Source: Chiloscyllium plagiosum (Eukaryota). From it: DNA of 64,000 nucleotides. This document shows, one piece after another, positions 26,201 through 39,944 of the stretch (positions are counted from its first letter, which is position 1; each line of letters begins with the position of its first letter). The DNA lies in contig NC_057720.1 in the NCBI RefSeq assembly GCF_004010195.1, forward strand, positions 12,854,051 through 12,918,050, written 5' to 3'. The notes below the pieces were generated by a model. The model was not told the origin of the DNA. It saw only the letters and a program-made list of their open reading frames with translations, and did not search any database. The position numbers and the translations under genes are program-made.

Positions 26201-26940
26201 CGCCCCTGCTGAATTAGTTTAAACCCACCTAAGAGCATTAGCAAATATACTCCCCAGGATATTGGTACCCCTCTGGTTCAGGTGAAGACCATCCTGTTTG
26301 TAGAAGTACCCCCTACCCCCGAAAGAGCTCAAATTATCCAGGAATCCAAAACCCTCCCTCCTGCACCATCCCTGTAGCGACGTGTTCAACTCCTCTCTCT
26401 CCCTATTCTTCGCCTCACTAGCACATGGCACAGGCAACAAACCAGAGGTAACAACTCTGTTTGTTCTAGCTCTAAGCTTCCACCCTATCTCCCTGAAAGT
26501 CTGCTTTAAATCCCCATCTCCCTGCCTATCTATGCCTATGTGGACCATGACTAGGGGCTGTTCCCCCTCCCCCTCAAGGATTCTGAAAACACGATCAGAG
26601 ACATCACAAACCCTGGTACCCGAGAGGCAACACACCGACCGTGAGTCTCTCTCGTTCCCACAGAACCTCTTCTCTGTTCCCCTATGAAGTCCCCAATAAC
26701 TAATGCTCTGCTACTCTTCCTCCTTCCATTCTGAGCAACAGGGACAGACTCTGTGCCAAAGATCTATTCCCATTGCTTACCCCTGATAAGTCATCCCCCT
26801 GAACAATATCCAAAACAGTATACTTGTTGTTGAGGGGAATGGCCACAGGGGATCCTTGCACTGCCTGCTGGTTCCCTTACCGTCCCCTGACGGTAACCCA
26901 TCTACCTTCATCTTTTACCTGAGGTGTGACTACCTCCCTG
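23245..26940 (-). mobile_element. Near full-length degenerate CR1 LINE (ORF1 esterase plus ORF2) in CLCA intron 4
   Basis: ORF1 CCLSGTRVCDVS...DGLHLN; endonuclease GDFNFPNID; RT PQGSVL/FADD; ALERVQKRFTRML. Confidence 0.92.
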
Positions 26941-27799
26941 TATTTCCTTTCTGCCTTTGGCCTATATCCCTCGATACCTTTGCTGAACAAAAAAATTAAA
27001 TATCCTCAGATTTTAAAGTATCAACTGATCCCACACCCACTGAAGTTTGTGCAGTAGAGTTCCAATTACCCACCACCCTTTGTGTGTAGAAACGCTTCCC
27101 AACATCTGTCCTGAATGGTTTGGCCCTAATTCTCAAACTATGTCCCCAGCTCTGGAATCCCCAACCAATGGAAATAGCTCATCTTTATCTATTCTGTCTT
27201 TTCCTATTATTAATTTTGCAGTGTGGGCTATCCATACAAATACTTAGCCTAACCCTATTTTCCACAAGTCCTTCTTCTGGGTAACTCAAATGACCATCTG
27301 ACTAAGACGGGAGCCATATTATTTGATTTACATCAGGATCCTGTTAAAAAAACTATTAATCTCTCCAGTGGCATTTAAAGAGAATTTCAAAGTTCTAGTT
27401 CATAATTTGATACAATCTGAGTTTGGTGAAAAATCGAGCCAATGACTAAACATTATTTTTGTCTCTATACATTGTTAACTTGGAAACTGCAGTCATTGGT
27501 CCAAGACTAAATACCTTGCATATTCTCCTCAATAATTCACTCAGGATTACTTCTAATCTACTCTTTCATTTACCTTACATTTAAAGTCACAGTCCTCAAT
27601 TATAACCATCTTATTAAACAAAAGATACAATCCTCAAATAATGATCTTGCAAACCTCACAATAATAACACAGCCATCTGGTACGAATAGACAAATCTGTG
27701 CAGCTACAATCCCGTCCCAAAGGAATTTCATCCTCAGCTTTTCTAAATAAACATGTCTAATTGCGTTGGTGAAAAAAATATTGAGGAACATTCCAAGGA

Positions 27800-29560
27800 A
27801 CTATACAAATGATCATTTAAAAAAGCATAAATTAATCAAGGAGGGTCAGGATGGATCTTTTCAGAGAAGGCTAAGTCTGACTAACACAGTTCAATTGTTG
27901 AGCAAGTAACATGGAGGGTTTATCTGGTTAATGCATTTGGCGCGATCTTCATGGGATTTTGCCAGGCGTTTAGCAAAATCTCACATGACAGACTGGTCAG
28001 AAAAATAAATGTTTACATGGGATCTCTAAACAAGTAAGAAGTTGGATGAAAAATGAGCTCTATGGTAGGAATTGAAGGATCTACGGATATCTTTGGGACT
28101 GGAAGGCTGGTTGCAATGGTGTGTACGAGGTCCCTTACTTTTCATGATATACATATATATTACATATACAGATTCAGACTTCAATGTAGTCATCATTATT
28201 AAGATGTTTGTACTTGGTGTCAAAAATTGGCCACATGTTTCATGTTCAATAATGCAAACTATAAATGCAATAATGCAGACTAGAAATATAAATGGATTAT
28301 CAAGTTGGTCAAAAAGTGGCAAATGTAGAGAACAGAGAGGTAATGCATTTACAGGGCTGAGGATAGTGAAAACAAGCAAAAGGAACATATAATAAATAGC
28401 AGATTACTGAGAAGGGTAGAAGAAAAAAACTAGCATTACAGTGCATGCTCCAGGAAGATAAAAAAAGGGCAAGTGGAATGATGGTTAAGAAGGCATATAG
28501 ATAGATTCCTTTATTAACTCAGGCAGAGAGTACAAAAGCAGGGAGGTTATTCCAGAACCATATGAAATACTGTTCATGGAACAGCTCATATACTGCATAT
28601 TGTGAAGAGCATGTATTTTTATTTTATTGTATTTTTGATTGTGGTCTGAAATGGAAAACGACTGTCTTAAAAACCAAGATTATTGAAGGGATTGCTGTAT
28701 ATTCTTAAAGCAAATAACCAGGCACTCATTGTAGGAGATGTTTACACAGTTGTGTGTACAAGTGGTGGGACAACTCTAGTTCCAGACAATCTGTGTACAA
28801 ACAGAGATTCGGCTGGCAACAGGTACCTGATTGTTGCATGGAAGAGTGACCAGTTATTGATAACAAAGGCCTTTTGCCTGTCCACAGTAATGTGACTGGC
28901 TTCCAGTTAGCTGAACAGCTTACAGCTGTGATTATTCAAGTTAGGAACAATCATAACTCCAGGAGGAAAGGAGTTGTGATCAGCAAAAGGATCATCTGAG
29001 CAAACCCTGTGGGCCTTCTCAAATGTTCACTCCACCTGTAATGCCCTTTTCTTTGTGTCTATCTGTATTTGTATGTGTAATGGGAATTTTATAAGTAGGT
29101 TAGAATTTTAACCAGTAGAGTTATGTGTCAATTGATCATATTTTTTTTATCTGCGGTTAGAATCTATTTCTAATAAATAGTAATTCTTGTTACATTTAAA
29201 TTCCTGGTCCATGCTTTCTCTCAACTTGGATCCAAAAGATGGACAAATTAGAAATTTTGTGACATTTTAAAGTCTTGAAAGTCTACTTATGTGATGACTC
29301 TGGTAATAGTGGGGCTTGGTTTCCAATGTGTTACTACAGTGAAACATAAAAGAACAGTTCTGGTAACCGTATGTCAGGTAGGATAGTATACACTGAAAGA
29401 GGGTACAAAGGAGATTTATTGGGATGTTGTCTCAAGAATGAATAAACACTGGATAGGCTGGAGTTCTCTTCTTTGGAAGTAGGAAGTATGGGGACATTTA
29501 ATTGAGGTGAATTAAAATTATAAACGGCGAAGAGTGGAAAGGAAAAAAATCAATTTCCTG
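27800..29560 (+). mobile_element. Highly decayed CR1 RT region interrupted by a probable solo LTR (about 28600-29351)
   Basis: Residual CR1 motifs on either side (tactgca ... acagttctgg); the insert is AT-rich and LTR-like with AATAAA; no clear TSD. Confidence 0.5.
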
Positions 29561-29726
29561 AGGAAAGTGGTTGATTATAACCTTTCTTAGTCAGCAAAGA
29601 AATGATGGATGAAAGTTGCAAACGGTACGGAGGAAATATTGTAAGTTTTAACCTTATTCAGTGATTTCTCATTGTTGAAATGTTACTTGGAATCAAGGAG
29701 TGATCTTTGATCATTTTTACTTCCAG

Positions 29727-29892
29727 ATGTCCAAAAGAGATTAGAGGACAGCTTGCTGATTGCACAGGCAGATCCTGTCCAGTGTGTGACACAGATGCCA
29801 AGTCAGGACTGCCAAAAGGGGATTGTGAATTTTATCCCGACAGCAAACAGACTGCATCCTCGTCTGTTATGTTCATACAGGCACTGTCACAT
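29727..29892 (+). CDS. CLCA: CLCA exon 5, cysteine-rich region
   Basis: ttccag|A TGT...CAT|gtaagt; 166 nt, phase 2-0; CPKEIRGQLADCTGRSCPVCDTDAKSGLPKGDCEFYPDSKQTASSSVMFIQALSH. Confidence 0.93.
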
Positions 29893-30300
29893 GTAAGTAA
29901 AGTTGCTGAGAGGCATGTTTGTCCAATATTGCTAACAATCTTGTTTCCAAGATCATCCCTGCAATATCTCCTCAGAATGATATCCAAGGACCAATTATCC
30001 TTGGCTGCCCATCAATGACCTTCCTTTAGCTATAAGGACAGAAGTGAGGATGATTGCACTGTGTTCCACTCAATGCATTATTCCTCAACTAACTACGCGG
30101 TCTGTAATGCAGACAGTTAACCCTGGATAGCATCCACAATTGGCCTGAAATGTAGCAAGTCATATTTCTGTGATTCAAATGCCTGGCAATGATTATTTCC
30201 AATAAGAGACAATCTAACCTCCTCCCCTTGCATTACCATTGCTGAATTCCTGAAGATTACAATTGACTCTGAACTAAATGGGACGAGCAAGTAAATAAAA

Positions 30301-33300
30301 CACCAAGTATGCTGTTTTGGAAAACGTAGGGGGTGATGGATTCTCAGGGGAACGTAGCTCAAACAGCCAAGTTTCTGGTATTGAGACTGGCTCTAATGCA
30401 ACGAGGGGTACGTTGGGTTCCAAGAGATCAATTGTGTCAGGGGATATCTCTAGTCCGAGGTACAGACAGATGTTTCTGTGGCCAGCAGTGAAAAATCAGA
30501 ATGGTGTGTTGCTTCCCTGGTGCCAGGATCAAAGATGTCTCAGAGAGGGCACAGAATATTCGCATGGGGGAGAGGGGCCAGCAAGAGGTCATTGTCCACA
30601 TTGGAACCATTGACAAAGGAAGGGAAAAGGTTGAGAGTCTGAAGGGGCATTACAGAAAGTTAGGCAGAGATTTAAAAAGGAGGTCCTTGAGAATATTAAT
30701 ATCTGGACTACTCCTGGTGCTATGAGCTAGTGAGGGCAGGAATAGGAGGATACAGCAGATGAATGCATGGCTGAGGAGCTGTTGTATGGAAGAAGGATTC
30801 ACATTTTTAGATCATTGGAATTTCTTTTGGGGTACAAGTGACCTGTATAAGAAGGACTGATTGCACCTAAATTGGAAGAAGACTAATATAGTGGCAGGGA
30901 AATTTGCTAAAGCTGCTCGGGAGGATTTAAACTAGTAAGATGGAGGCCAGGGAGATAGTGGGGAAAGATGTCATTCTGAGACTGGTACAGTTGAGAACAG
31001 AAGTGAGTCAAACAGTCAGGACAGGCAGGGACAAGGTAGGACTAATAAATTAAACTGCATTTATTTCAATGCAAGGGGCCTAANNNNNNNNNNNNNNNNN
31101 NNNNNNNNNNNNNNNNNNNNNNNNNNNNNNNNNNNNNNNNNNNNNNNNNNNNNNNNNNNNNNNNNNNNNNNNNNNNNNNNNNNNNNNNNNNNNNNNNNNN
31201 NNNNNNNNNNNNNNNNNNNNNNNNNNNNNNNNNNNNNNNNNNNNNNNNNNNNNNNNNNNNNNNNNNNNNNNNNNNNNNNNNNNNNNNNNNNNNNNNNNNN
31301 NNNNNNNNNNNNNNNNNNNNNNNNNNNNNNNNNNNNNNNNNNNNNNNNNNNNNNNNNNNNNNNNNNNNNNNNNNNNNNNNNNNNNNNNNNNNNNNNNNNN
31401 NNNNNNNNNNNNNNNNNNNNNNNNNNNNNNNNNNNNNNNNNNNNNNNNNNNNNNNNNNNNNNNNNNNNNNNNNNNNNNNNNNNNNNNNNNNNNNNNNNNN
31501 NNNNNNNNNNNNNNNNNNNNNNNNNNNNNNNNNNNNNNNNNNNNNNNNNNNNNNNNNNNNNNNNNNNNNNNNNNNNNNNNNNNNNNNNNNNNNNNNNNNN
31601 NNNNNNNNNNNNNNNNNNNNNNNNNNNNNNNNNNNNNNNNNNNNNNNNNNNNNNNNNNNNNNNNNNNNNNNNNNNNNNNNNNNNNNNNNNNNNNNNNNNN
31701 NNNNNNNNNNNNNNNNNNNNNNNNNNNNNNNNNNNNNNNNNNNNNNNNNNNNNNNNNNNNNNNNNNNNNNNNNNNNNNNNNNNNNNNNNNNNNNNNNNNN
31801 NNNNNNNNNNNNNNNNNNNNNNNNNNTTTTCTGATTCAGTATGTGGATGTACCTACTAGAGAAGGTGCAAAACTTGACTTACTCTTGGGAAATAAGGCAG
31901 GGTAGGTGACTGAGGTGTCAGTGGGGGAGCACTTTGGAGTCAGTGACCATAATTCAATTTGTTTTAAAATAGTGATGGAATGGGATAGACCAGATCTAAA
32001 AGTTGAAGTTCTAAATTGGAGAAAGGCCAATTTTGACGGTATTAGGCGAGAACTTTCGAAAGCTGATTGGGGGCAGATGTTCGCAGGTAAAGGGACGGCT
32101 GGAAAATGGGAAGCCTTCAGAAATGAGATTACGAGAATCCAGAGAAAGTATATTCCTGTTCGGGTGAAAGAAAAGGCTGGTAGGTAAAGGGAATGCTGGA
32201 TGATGAAAGAAATTGAGGGTTTGGTTCAGAAAAAGAAGGAAGCATATGGAAGGTACAGACAGGATAGATTGAGTGAATCCTTAGAAGAGTATAAAGGCAG
32301 TAGGAATATACTTAAGAGGGAAATCAGGAGGGCAAAAAGGGGACATGAGATAGCTTTGGCAAATAGAATTAAGGAGAATCCAAAGGGTTTTTACAAATAT
32401 ATTAAGGACAAAAGGGTAACTAGGAAGAAAATAGGACCCCTCATAGATCAGCAAGGTGACCTTTGTGTGGAGCCACAGAAAATGGGGGAGATACTAAATG
32501 AGTATTTTGCATCAGTATTTACTGTGGAAAAGGATTGGGAAGATACAGACTGAAGGGCAATAGATAGTGACACCTTGCAAAATGTCCAAATTACAGAGGA
32601 GGAAGAGCTGGATGTCTTGAAACGGTTAAAGGTGGATAAATCCCCAGGACCAGAGCAGATGTATCCTAGAACTCTGTCGGGAGCTAGAGAAGTGATTTCT
32701 GGACCTCTTGCTGAGATGTTTGTATCATCAATAGTTACAGGTGAGGTGCCTGAAGACTGGAGGTTGGCTAATGTGGTGCCACTGTTTAAGAAGGGTAGTA
32801 AGGGCAAGCTAGGGAATTATAGACTGGTGAGCCTGCGGTGGGCAAATTGTTGGAAGGAATCCTGAGGGACAGGATGTACATGTATTTGAAAAGGCAAGGA
32901 CTGATTAGGGATAGTCAACATGGCTTGTGGGAAATCATGTCTCACAAACTTGATTGAGTTTTTTGAAGAAGTAACAAAGAAGATTGAGGAGGGCAGAGCG
33001 GTAGATATGATCTATATGGGTTTCAGTAAGGCGTTCGACAAGCTTCCCCATGGGAGACGGATTAGCAAGGTTAGGTTTCACGGAATACGGGGAAAACTAG
33101 CCATTCGGATACAGAACTGACTCAAACGTAGAAGACAGAGGGTGGTCTTGGAGGGTAGTTTTACAAACTGGAGGCCTGTGATCAGTGGAGTGCCACAAGA
33201 ATCGGTGCTGGGCCCTCTACTTTTTGTCATTTACATAAATGATTTGGATGCGAGCATAAGAGGTACAGTTAGTAAGTTTGCAGATTACGCCAAAATTGGA

Positions 33301-33978
33301 GGTATAGTGGACAGCGAAGAGGGTTACCTCAAATTACAACAGGATCTGGACCAAATGGGCCAATGGGCAGAGAAGTGGCAGATGGAGTTTAATTCAGATA
33401 CATACAAGGTGCTGCATTTTGGGAAAGCAAATCTTAGCAGGATGTATAAACTTAATGGTAAGGGTCTGAGGAGTGTTGCTGAACAAAGAGACCTTGGAGT
33501 GCAGTTTCATAGCTCCTTGAAAGTATAGTCACAGGTAGATAGGATAGTGAAGACGACGTTTGGTATGCTTTCCTTTATTGGTCAGAGTATTGAGTACAGG
33601 AGTTGGGAGGTCATGTTGCAATTGTACAGGACATTGGTTAGGCCACTGTTGGAGTATTGCATGCATTTCTGGTCTCCTTCCTATTGGAAAGATGTTGTCA
33701 AACTTGAAAGGGTTCATAAAAAATTTACAAGGATGTTGCCAGGGTTGGAGGATTTGAGCGATAGGGAGAGAATGAGCTGCCAGAGGAAGTGGTGGAGGTT
33801 GGTACAGTTGCAACATTTAAGAGGCATTTGGATGGGTATATGAATAAGAAGGGTTTGGAGGGATATGGGCCGGGAGCTAGCAGGTGGGACGAGATTGGGT
33901 TGGGATATCTAGTCAGCATGGACGGGTTGGACCGAAGGGTCTGTTTCCATGCTGTACATCTCTGTGACTCTATGACTC
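30301..33978 (+). mobile_element. Near full-length CR1 LINE (ORF1 esterase plus ORF2) in CLCA intron 5, spanning a gap
   Basis: VCCFPGARIKDVS...VIVHIG; KSPGP; PQESVLGP; tatgactc tail. Confidence 0.93.
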
Positions 33979-34590
33979 GTGGTGTTGGATTCCTTAAGAT
34001 TACCATTGACCCTCAACTAAACGGGATGAGCAAGTAAATAAAAACAGCAAATGTTGGAGAGACTCAGCAGGTCAGGCAGCAACTGAGGAGAGAAATGGAG
34101 TTAATGCTTCAATCCAATGTGGCTCTTCTACAGAACCGATTAAGTCACATACATTCCGGATGATCTTGTTCAAGACCGGATAATCTCAGAATACTTCTGT
34201 TGAACTTGCAGTGACCTGAAACATTAATTTCATTTCTTGCTCCAGATTTTCATGATTTTCAGATTTTTTATCAGATTTCTTGCATCTGTGATGTTTTGCT
34301 CTTGTTGGGTAGTCTCACACTTTGAATCCCCAAAGCCTCTCTATCTCTGACAAGGCACAAGTCAAAACCATGATGGGCTGCTTCCTATATGACCGTAACA
34401 ACAAGTAGCTCAATACTATCAAACACGAAGAACTCCACTTAGTCAGCTCCAACAGCCACTTTAAAGATTCACTTGCCCCATTATTGACACATAGTGACTG
34501 GATTGTGTACCAGTTGCAGGATGCATTGTATCTGTCACTAAGGCTTCTTCAACAGGACCTTAAACTTCAGCAAAAGAAGCAGATGGATGG

Positions 34591-35356
34591 TGTTGTGCCC
34601 AAGACTGGGGAGTGGACTGCCTCTGTCCAGTGCCATCACTCCATTGTTCCCAACACAAATATATTTACTTTACACAGTTACCAACATAGCCAATGATGCT
34701 TTATCTATATTTTCAAATTAGAATATAAAAGATCCATTAAATAAGCATCTCTAGTCAGGAATAAAATTATTGATTTACTATAAAACAAAACTTACTCAAG
34801 AAAGATGCAAACACAAAAGTGGAAGTTTCAAATTTTATATCTTCGAAATAACCATACATATGTCAATTTAGAAAGAAACAAAATTCTCGACAGAGATATG
34901 GAATGAGGATATGAAGAATAACGATTAGGCTTTCATCCAGCTTCCTGGCACATGGATATCGAAGATAGACAGTCACCACAGGGATCCTTACAGATGTCGT
35001 TTATTCTGTAATCACCAAGAAGTATTGTTCAAAAGGTATTCAAGGAGAACAGTTCATACAGTGTTTGGCTATTACACTGGTCCCTCAAAAGAGCTTTCTT
35101 TGAAAAGCAGCCGATAACTATCTCAGTAACTGAATTCCAAACAATATTGACAGCCATAAACCAAGGCATGTGATTTGCAATAAACCATGTGACTTCCAAG
35201 AAGTGTCTTTAAATAATAGTCCAATTTATCATTTAGTGACTCTTTTAAGAAAAAAGGTCCATGTGTCTTCCGAGAGTTTACAAACAAATGACTGTCTGCA
35301 ATTCTTTCAACACAAATCCTCAAAAATACTATTCATAATAAAGGATCTTCATAACA
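34591..35356. mobile_element. Probable solo LTR
   Basis: TGTTGTG...CATAACA termini; near-TSD atgg/atag; splits an older LINE 3' UTR. Confidence 0.55.
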
Positions 35357-35839
35357 ATAGCAGCACATCCACCTCCAGGTTCTCCTTAAAGTCCAACACT
35401 AATCCCAACTTTGAAAATTCTCATTAATCTTTCATTATCACTGAAATCCCCTAACGTGACAAAGAGTGCAGACAATTGACACTGCTTTGACTCAAGAAGA
35501 AGGTGAATCACCATGTCACTGTTAATTAGATCCTGCCAGAGATATCTATACTGTAATAATTAATACAAAAATAAAGTGAAGTCTCCATAGTCCTCCCAGG
35601 CCAAGGTTGCTCTCCCATTGGATTGAGGCAACGTGTGATGCCTTACCCAGACAGACACCACAGCTCAGGTGAGAGTAAAGGTTGACAAGGACAGTCCTTC
35701 ATGGAAATATCAACCAGTGCAGGAATCGAACATTATCGCTATCACCTCTGTGTCATAAATCTGCTGTCCAGCCAACTGAAATCTTTGTACTGGCAGCAGT
35801 GCTCTGGGAGAGTTTCACTTTGATGGAGACCTGCAATTT

Positions 35840-36125
35840 CATAAAATCCTGACAGTGTGGAAAGACACCGTTCAGCCCATCGAGTTTGCCATCAACCTTC
35901 CACAGAGAATTCCATCCTATACCGGTAACCTCATTTGCCATGGTCAATCCACCCAGCCTGTGCATCTTTGGACAATGGGAGGACACCAGAGCATCCAGAG
36001 GAAACCCGTGCAGACACGGGGAGAGCATGCAAACTTCACACAGTCGTTACCCAAGGCTGAAATTGAACCCAGGTCCCTTGTGTATGAGGCAGCAATGCTA
36101 ACCACTGAGTCACCTTACCATCCCC
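35840..36125 (-). mobile_element. HE1-type SINE, diverged
   Basis: Reverse SINE motifs gaaacccgtgcagacacggggaga and gctaaccactgag. Confidence 0.8.
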
Positions 36126-36299
36126 TCAATTCCTGAACATCACTTTCCCCATTTTACTGCAGATTGAAGGTGTCTCCTCTTCATTGGAAGACAGCAGTGA
36201 CCTGCATTTTCCACATCTCCAGCTTCCTCTTGCATAGAGCAAGTTTTTTGAGATTGATGATTATGCACAGTTTGGTGTCTTTCCCTTATCGGATGCCAT

Positions 36300-36632
36300 T
36301 GATTGGGGAAGAGCAGGATGCAAACATAAAACATCAAAACATTTAACAGTTCTGTCCTTTTCTTATTTAAGACACATATCCTTGATTGTTGATAGCATCA
36401 TAATAAGTTTTAAACACTGAGGGTAGTTGTAAACTTATATCGTGTATTCCTTCTCGTCAGACACCTGACTGGCGAAGGGCAGGATGCAAACATGGAACAT
36501 TGAAGTATTCAACAGTTTTGTCCTTTTCTTGTTAAAAACTCATTATGATGTTATCAACAAATTAGTGATAAGTTTTAAACACTGAGGGTAGTTGTAAACT
36601 TACATTGTGGATTCCTTCTTGTCAGACATCTG
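36300..36632. repeat. Diverged tandem duplication of about 167 bp with an internal micro-inversion
   Basis: Shared blocks gcaggatgcaaacat and ataagttttaaacactgagggtagttgtaaactta. Confidence 0.85.
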
Positions 36633-36804
36633 TGTGATATCCAAGAGATTAAATGCAATATCAATCCTGTGGTCTTCACAATGGGTGGGTGACTGTCTCC
36701 AACAGTATTCTTCCTGGGTATGGGAGGTAAAAATAATCCAAACCCACCCCAATCTATCTGCAGCCCCTTTAACCTGTTGCATCTTTTTTTTTAAAAACAT
36801 CCAG

Positions 36805-37026
36805 GTGACTGAATTCTGTGACGATAAGACTCACAATCCTGACACACCGAACATGCAAAACAAAATGTGCAACTTCAGGAGCACTTGGGACATAATCAGA
36901 GAGTCGGAGGATTTCAGAAACAATCCCTCACCCTACAGTGGTTCAGTGATACCGACCTTTACACTGCTACAGGCCAAACACCGTGTGCTGTGCTTAGTCC
37001 TTGATGTTTCTGGGAGCATGGACATG
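36805..37026 (+). CDS. CLCA: CLCA exon 6, end of Cys region and start of vWA (MIDAS DxSxS)
   Basis: atccag|GTG...ATG|gtaagg; 222 nt, phase 0-0; VTEFCDDKTHNPDTPNMQNKMCNFRSTWDII...HRVLCLVLDVSGSMDM. Confidence 0.96.
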
Positions 37027-37253
37027 GTAAGGTTATTGGTAAAGTTTATTTCACAGAAGGTATTAACTTAGATACAGGTTGATGCTCTTGTGTGGCTTCG
37101 CACAGCAAGCTAGAAGAGGTCAGAAGCTGGATATTCCGAAACGAGTAGCTCATCTCCTTATTCCCAGGTCCTCTCTGTCATCTACAAAGCACATATCAGG
37201 AGTTTGACAGAACACTCTACATTTTAGAGCAGGCATTGGTATAGTGGTAATGT

Positions 37254-37385
37254 CAGGGTGGCAATATAAAGATTCCTGATGAAGGGCTTATCCTCCTGCT
37301 CCTCGGATGCTGACTGACCTGCTGTGCTTTTGCAGTACCACAGTCTTGACTCTGGTCTCCAGCATGTGCAGTCCTCACTTTCTCC
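37254..37385 (+). mobile_element. Penelope pLTR mini-insertion with a partly deleted hammerhead
   Basis: 9-bp TSD tggtaatgt at 37245-37253 and 37386-37394; ends gcagtcctcactttctcc. Confidence 0.7.
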
Positions 37386-37749
37386 TGGTAATGTAGACAG
37401 CCATGCTAATGCTCTGGAGACACGGGTTCAAGGGGGAGATGATGGCACAGCTCCAGTATCGTTCAGAAACTCAGCTAATGTTGTGGGGACCTGGTTTCGA
37501 ATCCTGTCATGGCAGATAGTGGAATCTGAATTCAATAAAAACATTTGGAATTAAGGATCTACTGATGACCATGAAGCCATTGTCAATTGGTGAAAAATCC
37601 CATCTGGTTCACTAATATCCTTCAAGAAAGAAATTTGTCATCCTCACCTCGGCTGGCCGCCATGTGGATCCAGACTCACAGCAATGTGATTGACTCTCAT
37701 TTTAAATGGCCAAAAAAGCCATTCCTTTGTATCAATCGCATTCCAATTG

Positions 37750-39940
37750 TGCACTGACCTCTGCATCAAACTTGCCCCTTAGGTCTCTTTTATATTTTTC
37801 CTCTCTCACCCTAAACCTATGCCCTCTAGTTCTGGACTCCCCGACCCCAGGGAAAAGACATTGTCTATTTATCCTATCCATGCCCCTCATGATTTTATAA
37901 ACCTCTATGAGGTCGCCCCTCAGCCTCCGATGCTCCAGGGAAAACAGCCCCAGCCTGTTCAGCCTCTCCCAATAGGTCAAGTCCTCCAACCCTGGCAACA
38001 TCCTTGAAAATCTTTTCTGAACCTTTCAAACTTCATAACATCCTTCTAATCAGAAGCAGACCAGAATTGCGTGCAATATTCCAAAAGTGGCCAAATCAAT
38101 GTTTTCTACACCTGCAACATGACCTCCAAACTCCTGTACTCAATACTCTGACCAATAAAGGAAAGCATAGCAAATGCTTTCTTCACTATCCTATCTATCT
38201 GCAACTCTACTTTCGAGGAACTATGAACCTGCACGCCAAGGTCTCTTTGTTCAGCAACACTCCTCAGGACCTTACCATTAAGTGTATAAGTCCTGTTCTG
38301 ATTTGCTTTTTCAAAATGCAACACCTCGCATTTATCTGAATTAAACTCCATCTGCCACTTCTCAGCCCATTGGCCCATCTGTTCAAGATCCCATTGTACT
38401 CTGAGGTAACCTTCTTCGCTGTCCACTACACCTCCAATTTTGGTTTCATCTAACTATCCTAACTATACCTCTATGTTCACATCCAAATCATCTATATAAA
38501 TGATGAAAAGTAGAGGACCCAGCACCGATCCTTGTGGCACTCCACTGGTCACAGGCCTCCAGACTGAAAAGCAACCGTCCACATCCACCCTCTGTCTTCT
38601 AAGTTCGAGACAGTTCTGTATCCAAATGGTTAGTTCTCCCTGTATTCCATGAGATCTAACCTTGCTAATCAGTCTCCCATGGGGAACCTTGACGAACGCC
38701 TTACTGAAGTCCATATAGATCACATCTACTGCTCTGCCCTCATCAATCCTCTTTGTTACATCTTCAAAAAACTCAATCAAGTTTGTGAGATATGATTTCC
38801 CACACACAAAGCCATGCTGACTCTTCCTAATAAATCCTGTCTCTCAGGGTTCCCTCCAACAACTTGCCCACCACCGATGTCTATAGTTCCTTGGCTTGTC
38901 CTTACTACCTTTCTTAAACAGTGGCACCACATTAGCCAACCTCCAGCCTTTTGGCACCTCACCTGTGACTGTCGATGATACAAATATCTGAGCAAAGAGC
39001 CCAGCAATCACTTCCTTTGCTTCACTGATTAGGATCTAGGCTACACCGGATTAGATCCTGGGGATTTATCCACTTTTATGCATTTCAAGACGTCCAGCAC
39101 CTCCTCCTCTGTAATATGGACATTTATCAAGATGTCACCATCTATTTCCCTACATTCTATATCTTCCATATCCTTCTTTACAGTAAACACTGATTATGGT
39201 AAGGTCCTGGGGAGTGTCGCTGAACAAAAGTCTTTGCAGTGCAGGTTCACAGTTCCTTGAAAGTGGAGTCTTAGCTAGATAGGATAATAAGAAGGCATTT
39301 AGTATGCTTCCCTTTATTGGTCAGAGCATTGAGTATAGGAGTTGGGAGGTCATGTTGCGGCTGTACAGGCCATTGGTTAGGCCACTTTTGGAATATTGCA
39401 TGCAATTCTGGTCTTCCTCCGATAGGAAGAATGTTTTGAAACTTGAAATGGTTCAGAAAAGATTTACAAGGATGCTGCCAGGGTTGGAGAGTTTGAGCTA
39501 TAGGGAAAGGCTGAATAGGCTGGGGTTGTTTTCCCTGGAACATCAGAGTCTGAGATGTGACCTTACAGAGGTTTATAAAATCATGAGGGGCATGGATAAG
39601 GTAAATAGACAAGGTATGTTCCCTGGATTGGAGGAGTTCAGAACTAGGCAGCATAAGTTTAGTGTGAGAGGGAAAAGATTTAAAAAGGATCTAAGTGGCA
39701 ACTTTTTCACACAGAGTATGGTGTGTGTATGGAATGAGCTGACGGAAGAAATGGTAGAGGCTGGTGCAATTACAATATTTAAGAGGCCTGGATAGGTACA
39801 TGAATAGGTACATGAATAGGAAGGGTTTAGAGGGATAAGGGTCAAGTGCTTGCAAATGGGACTCGATTAATTTCGAAAATCTGGTTGGCATGGATGAGTT
39901 GGACCAAAGGGTCTGTTTCCATGCAGTGCATCTCCATGAC
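37750..39940. mobile_element. Head-to-head CR1 segments (- 37750-39194; + 39196-39940)
   Basis: RT and 3' ORF2 motifs on both strands. Confidence 0.85.
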
Positions 39941-39944
39941 TGTC

